Positions 30,378-43,961 of a stretch of 64,000 bases of DNA are shown piece after piece (the first letter of the stretch is position 1; every line of letters begins with the position of its first letter). The notes below the pieces were generated by a model. It was not told the origin of the DNA, did not search any database, and saw nothing but the letters and a program-made list of their open reading frames with translations. The DNA is taken from contig OX597819.1 in the NCBI GenBank assembly GCA_951406725.2, positions 62,620,001-62,684,000 of the forward strand, given 5' to 3'. The translations under genes and the position numbers were made by a program. This stretch comes from Octopus vulgaris. Its lineage: Eukaryota.

Positions 30378-30980
30378 AAGGCGGCAAGCTGGCAGAAACG
30401 TTAACATGCCGGGCGAAATGCTTAGCGGTATTTCGCCTGTCTTCATGTTCTGAGTTCAAATTCCGCCGAGGTCGACTTTGCCTTTCATCCTTTCGGGGTC
30501 GATTAAATAAGTACCAGTTACGCACTGGGGTAGATATAATCGACTTAATCCGTGTGTCTGTCCTTGTTTGTCCCCTCTGTGTTTAGCCCCTTGTGGACAG
30601 TAAAGAAATAGGTATTTCGTCTGCGGCTACGTTGTGAGTTCAAATTCCGCCGAGGTCGACATTGCCTTTCATCCTTTCGAGGTCAATTAAAATAAGTACC
30701 AGTTACGCACTGGGGTCGATGTAATCGACTTAATACCTATGTCTGTCCTTGTTGTCCTCTCTGTGTTTAGCCCCTTGTGGGTAGTAAAGAAATAGGTATT
30801 TCGTCTACCGTTACGTTCTGAGTTCAAATTCTGCCGAGGTCGACTTTGCCTTTCATGCTTTTAGGATCGATAAATTAAGTACCTCTTACGCACTGGGGTC
30901 GATGTAATCGATTTAATCCCTTTGTCTGTCCTTGTTTGTCCCCTCTGTGTTTAGTCCCTTGTGGACAATAAAGAAATAAG
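30378..30980 (+). mobile_element. SINE family B with one head and three tandem ~184-bp bodies
   Basis: Units start GGTATTTCG at 30427, 30611 and 30795; flanked by TTGCTTTCCAA and inserted in a decayed family A head. Confidence 0.9.
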
Positions 30981-31039
30981 AAAGTTGCTTTCCAACCAAG
31001 TTCTTCTCGGTTCAATCCCACTGTGTCTAAGACATTTAC

Positions 31040-31200
31040 TCTCCATGAACAATAACCGTCTCCACCCCATGAGAACAATTACCTCTGAGGACAACAGATG
31101 ATAATTTAAGACTTGTTATTTTGGAGAGGGGTAATTAAGCAGAGGGTTTAATTGTCCTAGGAGGTAGTTGCCATCGTCACGAATTGTCCTATGGGGGAGG
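31040..31200. mobile_element. Possible small foldback/MITE remnant
   Basis: Repeated (G)ACAAT-type motifs on the left and AATTGTCC on the right; CCCCATGAGAACAATT versus AATTGTCCTATGGGG. Confidence 0.4.
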
Positions 31201-31336
31201 GGATAAATGCATGTGGATAGTTTTCTATATGTTTTCGTTGTGCTAGCGCGTATGAATATAATAATAATGTTTATTCCGGATAAAGTATGTGTGTGTGAAT
31301 TCGTTTCTGTACATGTGCATTGTGGATATTACTACG

Positions 31337-31650
31337 GCACTCCGTCAACGGAACAGCCTGCTCGTGAAATTCAAAGACACATGAACCCTTAACGTAGTTT
31401 TCGGAGAGATTCAGCGTGACACAGGGTGTGATAAGACTGGTCCTTTGAAATACAAGTACAACAGAGACAGGAAGAATGAGTGAGAGAAAGTTGTGGTGAA
31501 AGAATACAGCAGGGCTCGCCACCAACCTCCGGCCGGAGCTTCGTGAAGCTGTAAGCGTTTTCACTCAATAAACACTCACAACGCCCGGCCAGATCTGCGA
31601 TCCTATGACCGCGAGTCCGCTGCTCTCACCACTGAATCATTGTGCTTACA
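31337..31650 (-). mobile_element. SINE family C
   Basis: Reverse complement of 6066-6440 with internal deletions. Confidence 0.8.
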
Positions 31651-31787
31651 GTGTGGATATATGTGTATATGGATAGTTGTGACCTTAGTGCTTATGATAG
31701 TAAACGATTTTTAAGCGTATTTGTGCGTGCGAATATATGCATGTGTGTATGTGCGTGTTTATTCTAACTAGCTATCTAACTAATATG

Positions 31788-32075
31788 CACTCCGTCGGTT
31801 ACGACGACGAGTGTTTCAGGTGATTCGTTCAACGGAACAGCCTGCTCGTGAAATTAACACGCAAGTGGCTGAGCACTCCACAGATACGCACAGCTTTAAC
31901 GTAGTTCTCAGGGAGATTCAGTGTGACACAAAATGTGACAAGGCTGGCCCTTTGACTTACAGGTACAGCTCATTTTGGCCAGCTGAATGGACTGGAATAA
32001 CGTGAAAATAAAAAGGGTTTTGTTGAAGGGATAAACGCAACGCCGGGAATCGAACTCACGACTTTAACAACGTGA
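31788..32075 (-). mobile_element. SINE with family C tail and a different centre
   Basis: CACTCCGTCGGTTACGACGACGAG tail; B box GAGTTCGATTCCC on the minus strand. Confidence 0.75.
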
Positions 32076-32225
32076 ACCCTAACCGGTAAGGCAAGAACCT
32101 TAGCATAAATACAGAGGTGTAAATGCGTGTATGACTGCGCATTCTGCATGCTTTTTGTACATCCGTTTTGAGAATGCGTGCATTTGTAGTGTGTACTACT
32201 GTGTGTGTGAGTGCAGTAATTCAGT

Positions 32226-32308
<83 letters not shown>

Positions 32309-32317
32309 CATATACAT

Positions 32318-32375
<58 letters not shown>

Positions 32376-32640
32376 ACACACACATATAAATATATATGTA
32401 TATGTGTGTATGTGTATGTGTGAGTTGTATTGACGTGTTTATGTTTGAGTTGTTAGTTTGATGGATGTATGTGTATACGCTTTCGTTGTAATTAGATGAG
32501 TGTGTATTTATTGACATTATAGTAGTGCTATGTATGTATGTATGCATGTATGTATGTATGTATGTATGTATGTATGTATGTATGTATGTATGTATGTATG
32601 TATGTATGTATGATTGTCATTGCAATGAAGTGCGTGCTTG

Positions 32641-33199
32641 GCTATAGGAAATTTCACCATAAACGTTTTTTGCCGTAAGACAAATTCGCCGCAAGACACA
32701 ATTCGCTGTGAGATAAATTTGCCGGATGGACAAAGATAAAGCTTATTGCATCAGCACTTTTTGAAAATACAAAAGAAAAAAGATTAAAGAAGGAATGATA
32801 AAAGGTTTTATAAATGCATTAACTAGGCAAGCAGTTATTCAGCGTCAAACATTAAAAAAAAACGTGATGAGGTCATTTAAAACGTTTGAAAATTCTTGCG
32901 CAAATAATGTACTTTTGCTGCGGATTGCATTTTAGCATTTGTCTCTCAACTCTTTTAATGTTTAGCGTTGAATAAATACTTGCCTATTTAATGCTTTTAT
33001 AAGACCTCTTATCGTTCTTTTACTTTTGTCTTTTTAATTTTTAAAATGCTGATATAATACGCTTTATCATTTACCATACGGCGAATTTGTCTCACGGCAT
33101 TTTTCTATGCGGCAAAATTTCTTACAAATTTCTCACAATAAAATTTCCTACGGGAATTTTCCCACCGGCAATAAAGCTCACAACGAATTTTCCGTACAC
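32641..33199. mobile_element. Foldback/Mutator-type MITE
   Basis: ~230-bp imperfect inverted arms with subterminal AATTCGCCG-type repeats; direct repeat GTGCGTGCTTG at 32630-32640 and 33200-33210. Confidence 0.8.
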
Positions 33200-33317
33200 G
33201 TGCGTGCTTGCATTTTCCTTGTGTGTTCTTGTGTACAGTACTTGAAACTGGTGTTTCAATACACACACACAAACACACACACACAAACACACACACACAC
33301 ACACACAAGGTTAGTGA

Positions 33318-33476
33318 TTTTGTGTGGCTGTGTGGTCAGTAGCTTGCTTACGAACCACATTGTTCCGGTTTCAGTCCCCCTGCGTAGCACATTGGGCAAG
33401 TGTTTTCTACTATAGTCTCGGGAAGACCAAAGCATTGTGAGTGGATTTGGTAGACGGAAACTGAAAGAATCCCGTC

Positions 33477-33513
<37 letters not shown>

Positions 33514-33730
33514 TGTGTACGTGTTTGTGTGTCTGTGTTTGTTCCCCTAATATCGCTTGACAACCGATGCTGGTGTGTTTACGTCCCCGTAACTTAACGG
33601 TTCGGCAAAAGAGACCGATAGAGTAAGTACTATGCTTACAAAGAATAAGTCGTGGGGTCGATTTGCTCGACTAAAGGCGCTGCTCCAGCATGGCCACAGT
33701 CAAATGCCTGAAACAAGTAAAAGAGTAAAG
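33318..33730 (+). mobile_element. SINE family A
   Basis: Full length with GTAAAAGA tail. Confidence 0.9.
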
Positions 33731-34939
33731 ATGCCCGTCAGATGAAAAAGTGATCGCAGAGCAACGGGAAATGACGTGCTCAAGAACTGAATGTATAGCC
33801 TTGTCCGGTAATCGAAACCACGATTGTAAGTACAACTCCCTTACCACTAGACCACACGCTATACACACGTATATATGAATATATGTATGTGTGCACGTGT
33901 GTATTGAGTTATTAAGGATGTGATAAGGAAGGTCTATTGAGTGTGGGTGTTTATGTTAGAATATGTGTGTGTGTGTGTGTGCGCGCCCGCGGTGGGTTTT
34001 TTTTCGGAGTTGCTGAAATAAGTATGTAGGTTTGGATTAAAATCACTAAAGAAATTATTCTTATTCAGGTACCAATTGTAAACCTTAACACCAATAAACG
34101 AAACGTTTATTTGTCACCCTAACTACGGAATCTGCATCAATCTTATGGAATATACATATTGTAGATCTAAATCACTACATGCTTTTACTGTAAAAAAAAA
34201 AAATATCTCTGCAGTTCATCAAAAATTTTTAATTTTTGCTATTTAATATAAAACATGTAACGAAACTTAAATTAAAGAAACGAAACTAGAGAAAAGGATA
34301 GACTGTTCATCGGCAACAAGTATGATATCCTAATACTAGACAATGAACATTTAAACTTGTGTGTAATACATGCATCACCAAAATTTCAATGTTTCTCACT
34401 TTAAGTTTGTTCTGAATAAACTATGGATCAAATATGGACCAACAAGTAAAATATGTTCATTGAAATATATACAAACCACAATTGAATAACCTATATCAAC
34501 GTGTTGAACAGACATACGCATATGTACACATACATGCACACATATAAATATCCATATAATTACACCCGCATGCACATAAAAGTATACATATATTCGGATT
34601 TGCTCCTCTGTATGTGTGTGTTTGTGTGTGTGTTTGTGTGTGTGATTGTGTGGTTGTGTGAGTTTGTGTATTCCTGTGACAAGGGTTCGGAAGAGCTCCT
34701 GCTAAAGTGCTTAAATCTAGTCATGTGGCTGGAGGTGATTAGAAATCTACTTTCATTGAGGAGGACGCACAACAATGAAACTGCATGCATTCTCAGATTC
34801 CACGTCATTTGAGGCGACACATCTAGCTGTTAACTACTAGAAAATATTTTGTTCTGAAAAGCAGCAAACAGATTTTAGTATATTTGAAGACTATATCAAT
34901 AACCAATACAGTATATCTACTTGATTAGAGTCCCTGTCC

Positions 34940-34971
<32 letters not shown>

Positions 34972-35292
34972 CGTGTGTGTGTGTATGTGTGTGTATGCGT
35001 GTGCGTGTGCAGGAGTGTGCATATACATACAGATATATTTACATGTATATATATATATAAATGTATATGTATGCGTGTATCTATCTATATATATTTGTAT
35101 GTATATATATTTATATATACCTATATATATATAAATGTGCGTGTGTGTGTATGTATATGTGAGTGTGTATGTATGTATGTATGTATGTATCTATGTATGC
35201 GAGTCTGACGTGTGTTTATTTATCCGCATCTAGATTACCAATTAGTTCCTGCTGTGTATGCATGCATATGTTACAACTTGTACGTCCATGTG

Positions 35293-35356
<64 letters not shown>

Positions 35357-36339
35357 TGTGCGTGCGTGTGTATGTGCGCGCATTATTTGAGTGAGAGAGA
35401 GAGAGAAAACGGAGAGATAGGGAGTAGCTTCTATGTGTGTGTGTGAGTATTTATGGGTTGTATATTTGTATTGAAAAGTGTATATCAATTTTTCTATCTG
35501 CCATCTACAAAATGTTTAAACACAGAAACCAGGAACACAGAATGTGTGTGTACGTGTACGTGTATATGTATGTGCATATGTGTGTGCGAGTGTCAGTATT
35601 GGCTTGCGAGCGGTTGTGTGTATGTTTATATGTATGTATGTAAACAAATACGAATACGTGTCAGCATATGTCTGTGTGTATAATATATATATATAGGCAT
35701 GCATACGCACATAACGATATACACATATACATGCATGTTCATGGGAAGAGATAGATTGACAGATAACACACACTCACACACACACACATATGTATATAAA
35801 GATTTCTGATTATACACCAAGGTTATATGATATTGAAATAACGTTTGATCTGAACGGCAACGTTTGATGTGGGAGATAGAAGCAAATGACGGCTATAGAA
35901 CTTATTAGAGATACTCATCAATGTCAGGTCTGACTGACCTTTTCGTCCTGGAGTCTTCATGTCTTCAGGTCAAACCATGCCAAAGAGTCTGACCTCTATT
36001 ATGACAATACTTGTCAACCGCTTTGACAATAAACACGAACTGATCTCTATTATTCTTGTGTTTAAGAGTGATTATCGTTCTGTATTTGCTATACAACCGT
36101 ATATCGAACATTATCTGCCGTTTCTTTAATCTTTTAAATCTACTCCGTTTACTGTCCCCTACTCCACTTTTTCTAAATCTCCCTCCTTTTTCTTTTTGCT
36201 CTGTTCTTTCTTTCTTCCTATCTTCCTTCCTTCCTTGCTTCCTTGCTTCCTTGCTTCCTTTCGTTCTTTATGTATATGTATGTATGTATGATGTATGTAT
36301 ATCTGTTGTCTCTTAGATTTTCCTTCGGCTTCTTCAAGT

Positions 36340-36485
36340 AAACTTCACATCGTTATTATCATTACCATAGTCAAAATCGTCAACATCGCCGTGGTCGTCG
36401 TCGACGTATACCTTATTGTAATAATCGTTATCATCGTCGTCTGATTATCATCATCATCCTTAACATCATCGCCATTATCATTATC

Positions 36486-36526
<41 letters not shown>

Positions 36527-36990
36527 AATAATAATCATCATCATCATTATCATCGCCATCATCCTATCATCATCATCATAGTCATTATCATCATAATCCA
36601 CCTCCTCCTCCTCCTCCTCCTCATCATCATCATCATCCTTATCATCATCATCATAGTCGTTATCATCATCATCATCATAGTCGTTATCATCATCGTCATC
36701 ATCATCGTCATCATCATAATCATCATGATCCTGATCATCATCTTCATCGTCGGGGTTATTGTCATCGTTGTTGTCGTCGTCATCATTATCATAATCATCA
36801 TCGTCATCATCATCATCATCATTTTCATCGTCGGGGTCATTGTCATGGTTGTCGTCATCATTATTATCATAATCATCATCACAGTCGTTGCCGCCATTGT
36901 AACCATCGACATCGTCGTCTTCCTCTTCCTACAGATCCCCATCACTACTTGCTTCTTCCTCATCTCCTCCTCCTCCTTCTCCTCTTCCAT
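36340..36990. repeat. Degenerate (ATC/GTC/CTC)n trinucleotide field
   Basis: Direct reading. Confidence 0.9.
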
Positions 36991-37120
36991 CCTGTGGCGC
37001 CGATTAGACTTGATCAGTTAGAGACCCATTCTCCAATTACGCTTTTAATGTTGTGGTTAATAAATGGCTAAATATATACAGAAACCTATATTTGTGTAGA
37101 CATGAACATAAACATGGATT

Positions 37121-37162
<42 letters not shown>

Positions 37163-37819
37163 CGCACGCGCGCTCACACATACACAGATGCACACACACT
37201 CCCGCACACAAATTATATGAGTGCAGAGGCATATACATATACATCTGTATTGGCGAGTGTGTATTTGTGTTTGTTTATGTGCTTCTATACTTCTATGGAT
37301 AGGTATTAGTATTTCTATTCATGTATGTATATGTGTATATGTGCGCATGCGTGTGTCTTTTCCAATTAAATGTAATTTTGTCTGTGCCGTGTTTTCGTCT
37401 ATTACCATGTTTAATAACAGGCATGGCTTGAAACTCACGTATAATGTATGCACATATATAAAGTTATACGTAAGCAGCTTGCTATATCAAAAGGTACAAG
37501 CGCGCATGTACACGTATTTACACACGTACACACCCACATACTATACATGCTCATACGCACATAAACGTTCGCACACATATATGCATATATGCCAAATTCT
37601 CTGTGATATAAACACATAATTATAAATGGATATATTGTAATGAATACATACGTACACATTCGGAAGAAATATGAACGCGCTCACACACATACTCACACTC
37701 ACACACGCACACACAAACACGCTCACACATACACATACACATACACACACAGACAGAGATACACACACACACATTTACACGCACATGCATATACACGCTC
37801 ACTCATAAACACGTACACA

Positions 37820-37985
37820 TGCGTATGGCTGTGTGGTTAAGCACCTCGCATTGCAGCCAAACGATTTCAGGTTCACTCTCACCCCACGACACGTTGGGCA
37901 AGTGCCTTCTGCTACATCACGGGACCAATCAATGCTTTGTGAATCACTTTGGTAGACTGGAACTATGTGGAATCCTATCGTACAT
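37820..37985 (+). mobile_element. SINE family A, 5' half
   Basis: TGGCTGTGTGGTTAAG..TTGGGCAAGTG. Confidence 0.7.
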
Positions 37986-38089
37986 ACAAACATACATACA
38001 TACATACACACATACATACAAACATACATACATACATACATACATACATACATACATACATACATACATACATACATGCATGAATGCAT

Positions 38090-38628
38090 AGAAATCTGCC
38101 GTTACTCTATCCAGATTACAAGTTCAAGTTTATATCTGATTTAAATTATTGGTGCACTGGAATATGTAACGCACTGCCTAAGTACCAATCATAAGAAATT
38201 AGGCTTCTCAAAAAAGGAGAAAGTTGATTCAAAGTCTACAGTTCCAATCCATCACTGGAACTGTAAATATCTGTAAAACTTTCTAGAAGTTTATCATTTA
38301 AGTATATATGAGCATGTCTAGATATGCAAGTTTATGCATGAGAGGACATACATAAAACAAAACATACAAATCTGCACATATACATACATACATACATACA
38401 TACATACATAAATACATACATACATACATACATGCATACATACATACATATATGCATACATACATACATACATACATACATACATACATACATACATACA
38501 TACATACATACATACATACAAAAAAAATACCCTGATGTTGAAATTCCAGTGAAGTGGCCTTGGATCTAGATTAGAAACCGGCTCTTTCTCTATTGGCAAG
38601 AAATCTTGAAATAAAACTGAAAAATAAC
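38090..38628 (+). mobile_element. 3' end of an R4/Dong-like LINE embedded in (CATA)n
   Basis: RNLPLLYPDYKFKFI/IIGALEYVTHCLSTN.KKLGFSKKE/KLIQSLQFQSITGTVNICKTF; same UTR as 17363-17648. Confidence 0.75.
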
Positions 38629-38799
38629 ATACATACATGTATGCTTGCAGGAATGAATACTTGCATACATAATACATAGAAACATACATATATATATATA
38701 CATAGAAACATACATATATATATATATATATACATAGAAACATACATATATATGTATATTTATCTATAAACGTGTGTGTGTGAGTGTATGTGTATGTTT

Positions 38800-39033
38800 G
38801 TTATTTCTTTACTGCCCATACGGGGATACACACAGAGGGAACAAACAAGAACAGGCAAAAGGATTAAGTCGATTATATCGACCCAGTGCGTAACTGGTAC
38901 TTACTTAATTGACCCTCGAAAGGATGAGAGGCAAAGTCGATCTCGACGGAATTTGAACTCAGAACGTAGCGGCAGACGAAATACTGCTAAGCATTTCGCT
39001 TTGCGTGGTAACGCTTCTGCCAGTTCGCCGCCC
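38800..39033 (-). mobile_element. SINE family B, full length
   Basis: Reverse complement of 15753-15992. Confidence 0.88.
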
Positions 39034-39219
39034 TCGTGTATGTGTATGTGTATGTTTATATGTATGCGTGTCTTTGTGTTTATGTTTGTCCCCACCACCA
39101 TCTGACAACCGGTGATGCTTTGCTAACGTTTTCGTAGCTTAGCGCTTCGGCAAAAGACACTGATAGAATAAATGTCAGGTTTGAAAAAAAAAATGCATAA
39201 GTGCTAAGGGCGAAAATCT

Positions 39220-39935
39220 GGGTAATGATGGTATAGATGATGATGAAAAGGAATCTGATAGTACAATGAAGAAGCTGCTGCTGCTGCTGCTGCCGCTGTT
39301 ACTATTGACGATGATGACAAATAGGATGAGAACGATGATGATGATGATGATGATGATGATGATCAATATGGTAGCGAAGGAAATAATGACAACGATGATG
39401 ATGTTCATTATGATGTTGATGATAATTAGGGTTAGCCTAAATGACGATGTTGATAATGATGATAATGATGAGGAACATAATAATAATGTTAGAGCTTGTG
39501 GTAATAATGGCGTTTATGTTGATGGCAATGATGATGACAATGGGAAGTAGTAAGAGGAGGAGGAGTGATAAGAGAAGTACGAGGGTGCAGCAGTTGAAGT
39601 AGAAGGAGTTCGAAGAGGTGGAATAAGCGTAAGAGAAGCAGCACTAGTTGTAGAAGTAGGAGGTGGAGTAGAGGTAGCAGGTGTAGAAGTTGAAGGATGA
39701 GGAGAAGATGATGAAAATAAGGGGAAAGATGATGGGGAAGATGTAAAAAAAGGCGACAATGTGATGGCTGTGATGTCGATGACAATAATCATTTCTTAAA
39801 TTTATTAATGATAATGAAGTCACAGTAATAATGTTTAGGATGTGAATGGAGGTGATCTTATTGTTGTTGTTGTTGTTGCTCTTCTTCTTTTTCTTGTTCC
39901 CCGTCCTCTTTCTTCCTCCTCCTACTGCTAATAAG
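39220..39935. repeat. Degenerate trinucleotide field (GAT/GAG/GTT)
   Basis: Direct reading. Confidence 0.8.
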
Positions 39936-40215
39936 GTGATTAAGATATATATATATTTTTTTATTTTAACGAATATCCGCTCTCCATGACTAGGCTTTGT
40001 TGTAGTCAGCCAACCTTGGCATTAGATCACTACTTGGTAAACAATAGAGTAATTATGCTTGTTGTTTTATCATCTTCTTGTTGATGACATCGTGACTGTT
40101 AAATTCGTTCATGTGTGTACGTGTATATACATTCATACACACACACACAATCACACACACATGCATGCATTATTATAACAACACCTGATTATATATAGTC
40201 ATATCTATACACACT

Positions 40216-40246
<31 letters not shown>

Positions 40247-42048
40247 GTATATTTATCTATAAACGTGTGTGTGTGAGTGTATGTAAATGTATATGGTCAC
40301 AAAGTGTAGAAGAAAAACACAAAGAATGGAGAATTGTGCACTCTTCCATTCTCTTAGGCGCGTTTCAGATAGGTTGGCATTTCAAAATTCTGCGATGCAG
40401 TAATCATGGATATTGATCGATCCCATATTTGATCCACTAAGATTCTACAGAGACATACCAATTTAACATCATCCTTTCCTTATCAAAGCTATACCACATT
40501 GCTTAGAATATAAGACATTTAAAAGGAGACAGACAGGAGGGAAACTAACAATAGTTTACCCCTATAAAGGATAAAGAAGGCATTTCAGCGGACTTACATA
40601 GGAATTAGTGTTATCAGATCATGCTAGAAATGTAACACGTTCCTTAGTTTTCAAAATCTCACTCGTCAATTTGAAGAATGCTTCAAGCAAAATTTCTTAC
40701 TCCATTAAAACATTTTTATTAATCAATTTAATACATTCTTGTTCTGGTGTACCTTTAGTATGGCCATCTGATCAATACCTCCTGCGAATAGCATTGTCAG
40801 TAGATTTAATAAAACTGTCTTGCCTCAATAGAAGGTTGTCTTTTGTAGACATTTTCGAACTGCAAATGATGATATGGGTGATATCTTTTACGCTGGTATG
40901 ACACTATCAACATTTTTCAGTCATGGCGTGCAGATCAAAAGGTATCTTTATCTGTTTTGTTTATCACGTATTTCCTGGATAGCAAAGACATAATATTGTA
41001 GGTAACGGCTATCACAGGTCAAGGAGAGGCTACTATTCCTGTCAAAGATGTCGGTATTCTCTAACATGCTCATGTATACCATTCTCTAGTATGACGACTA
41101 TTTTATCGTCAAGGTTCTGTATTTTATCTTCAAGCCGCACTGGGTTTACATGGAATGGCTGTACAAAAGAAATAACTGTTCAGGAGTTTTTTCACTTTAT
41201 GAATTTAATATCATTTTTTAATGCAAGAAATACACTAATTTCCCCATTTATGTTTTAGTATATGTAGTCTAGTGGTATGATGCAGCAATAAAAAAGCCGC
41301 ATGGACCAGCCTTAAACCGCAACTTCCATCATTCTGTTCAGCATAGCTTTTGTCAGGGCTGCTGTTGATGTGGAACATATAAGATGTTGTTAGTGTCTTC
41401 CAAGTGTTGACCTCCAAGTTGCGGGGGTTGTTCAAGTAAACAGTGTAGATAAGCAAATGTTGATGGTTGATCAGGCTCTGTGAAAAGTATTTTTGGATAT
41501 GGTTTTAGTCAATGTAGGCATCTTTGACTTTTATACTTTCCGAAAGCTACTGAGGTGTTTTTTTTGTTGCTCCGGTTTTACTCACAACATAGACATATGC
41601 AATATTCTCGTTGATTCCGAATAACATTTATCACTGGTGACAACTAAGGTAGATAAGCTTTTGATATTCACATACCTTGCCTGTTCGTCACGCTTCTTGG
41701 TTTGACTACCAAATATGAACATTTATCCCTTATAAACTACATTTCTGTAAGGTTGTTTGCATTCAGTTCTGTCTCTTGATGCGGTGAACATTACTACTAT
41801 TTCTCTCTCTCTTTCACTCTCTACGCTCCTTTTCTCTCTGCCTTTCTCTGCATCGATATCAGTCACGCTAAGGAAGACCCAAAAGGAAGCATTCACCTCG
41901 CAACACTTCCCCTCGTTTCGTAACCCCTCTGTGCTACAGAACACGCCACGAAATAAAATAATTTTCCCTTATAACTCTCCATACTAGTAAAGCTATCAGT
42001 GCACCCAATACTTAACATTCTTATATATTATTGACCTCCTTTCACATC

Positions 42049-42335
42049 AATAATAATAATAATAATAATAGTAATAATAATAATAATGATGATGATGATG
42101 ATAATAATAATAACGACAAGAAGAAGAAGAAGAAGAAGAAGAAGAAGAAGAAGAAGAAGAAGAAGAAGAAGAAGAAGAAGAAGAAGAAGAATGATAATAA
42201 TGATGATGAAAATAACAGCAGCAAAATCACCGACGAAGACGACGACGACGACGACGATGATGATGATGATGATGATGACGATGATGATGATAATATAATA
42301 ATAATAATAATAACAATAATATCAATAATAATAAC

Positions 42336-42400
<65 letters not shown>

Positions 42401-42536
42401 TAATAATAATAATAATGATAATAATAATAATAATAATAATGACAAGAAGAAGAAGAAGAAGAAGAATATTAATGATAATAATGATGATGAAAATAACAGC
42501 AGCAAAATCACCGACGAAGACGACGACCACGACGAC

Positions 42537-42629
<93 letters not shown>

Positions 42630-42652
42630 CATATTAATAATAATAATAATAC
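42049..42652. repeat. Compound trinucleotide array with higher-order duplication
   Basis: GATGAAAATAACAGCAGCAAAATCACCGACGAAGACGACGAC occurs twice, ~282 bp apart. Confidence 0.9.
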
Positions 42653-42900
42653 AATGAATAATAGTACAGTTAAAATGATAAGAAATATAATACCACAAAA
42701 TAGATAACATCAACAAATACAGTAAAAACATGTAATTCCATGCTTCACTGAATTTTGTTCAAATCTTGCAAATCTATCGAAGAATATCAGGAGATGTTAC
42801 TTCAACCGTATCTACAGGTGTGAGTATGTATTGGCGCATACACACTGCGGTCCACTGTACTTGTGTATACGCAGGTGCGCGCCGCATGTGCCTGTATGTT

Positions 42901-42945
<45 letters not shown>

Positions 42946-42971
42946 ATGTCGATACGTCTACATACATATAA

Positions 42972-43020
<49 letters not shown>

Positions 43021-43263
43021 TGCATGCATACCCCCATGCATACTATATACATACAGACAAACAGGTAGACAGGCAGACTTGCATAAACACACGCATACGC
43101 ATAAACACACACATAGGCATATGTGTTCCCATATATGTATACAAGATTTTATAAATATATTAAACATCTGGGTGGAAAGATGAATATTTAAACTACAAAA
43201 TGTGTAGATGTATGAAGATATATGTGTGTGTGTGTTGCATAAACATATACACAGAGCTTGCAC

Positions 43264-43311
<48 letters not shown>

Positions 43312-43336
43312 ATGTATGTATGTCTATATATATATT

Positions 43337-43889
43337 CATGTCAGGTCACTTTCAAGTGCTACTGGTAACATGTAAACCAGTACAACCTGTTGCATGTTCG
43401 GGTCGTCGGCGACTAAACCGGCAATCCCACCAAACTTGCTTAGTGAGGAGGGTGTTTATTGGACACCCTGCGGAATGAAAAACAAAACCTATCAAAGGGC
43501 GGAGGAACTCTTGAGAGTCAACGGCCATCCAATAAATGTCTTAAGTCTGTATCATGCGCGGGGACATAGAAATAATCGGACTGAATACCCGATCGCGCGG
43601 TTAAACCACTGGGAGTGAAGGACTCCTAGCCTTTGTTAGGGCATGATTCTAGGAGAAGGTAACTCAGGTAACTGGGATAACTCCGACATAAAACCTGCGG
43701 CTCAGTGGTTACCGATGATGTTGACTTGTTCTTCTTTTCGGATTATGGCTACTGTTGCTTAGTGAGTGGGATTGACTCAGTGCACAGCCTTTCATCACTT
43801 TAAAAAATTCTTCTTGCACAGGCATTGCACGATAACAACTTTGATTAAGATTCGTGCAATGGCCATACTCGATAACGAGTGGGCAGCCA

Positions 43890-43890
<1 letters not shown>
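43337..43890 (+). mobile_element. Probable RTE-clade LINE 5' UTR fragment in (TA)n
   Basis: TTAGGGCA..CTAGGAGAAGGTAACTC..AAACCTGC resembles RTE/BovB-type 5' UTR motifs; GC-rich island flanked by (TA)n. Confidence 0.55.
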
Positions 43891-43957
<67 letters not shown>

Positions 43958-43961
43958 GTAG

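Noticed and set aside
30427-30980. CRISPR-like array
   Set aside because: Tandem SINE bodies without unique spacers, in a eukaryotic context.
39514-39792. Ser/Thr/Pro-rich mucin-like ORF
   Set aside because: Arises from a degenerate trinucleotide field.
40300-41730. 1.4-kb non-repetitive tract as exons or a transposase relic
   Set aside because: No diagnostic motif could be read in the segments I translated; needs blastx.
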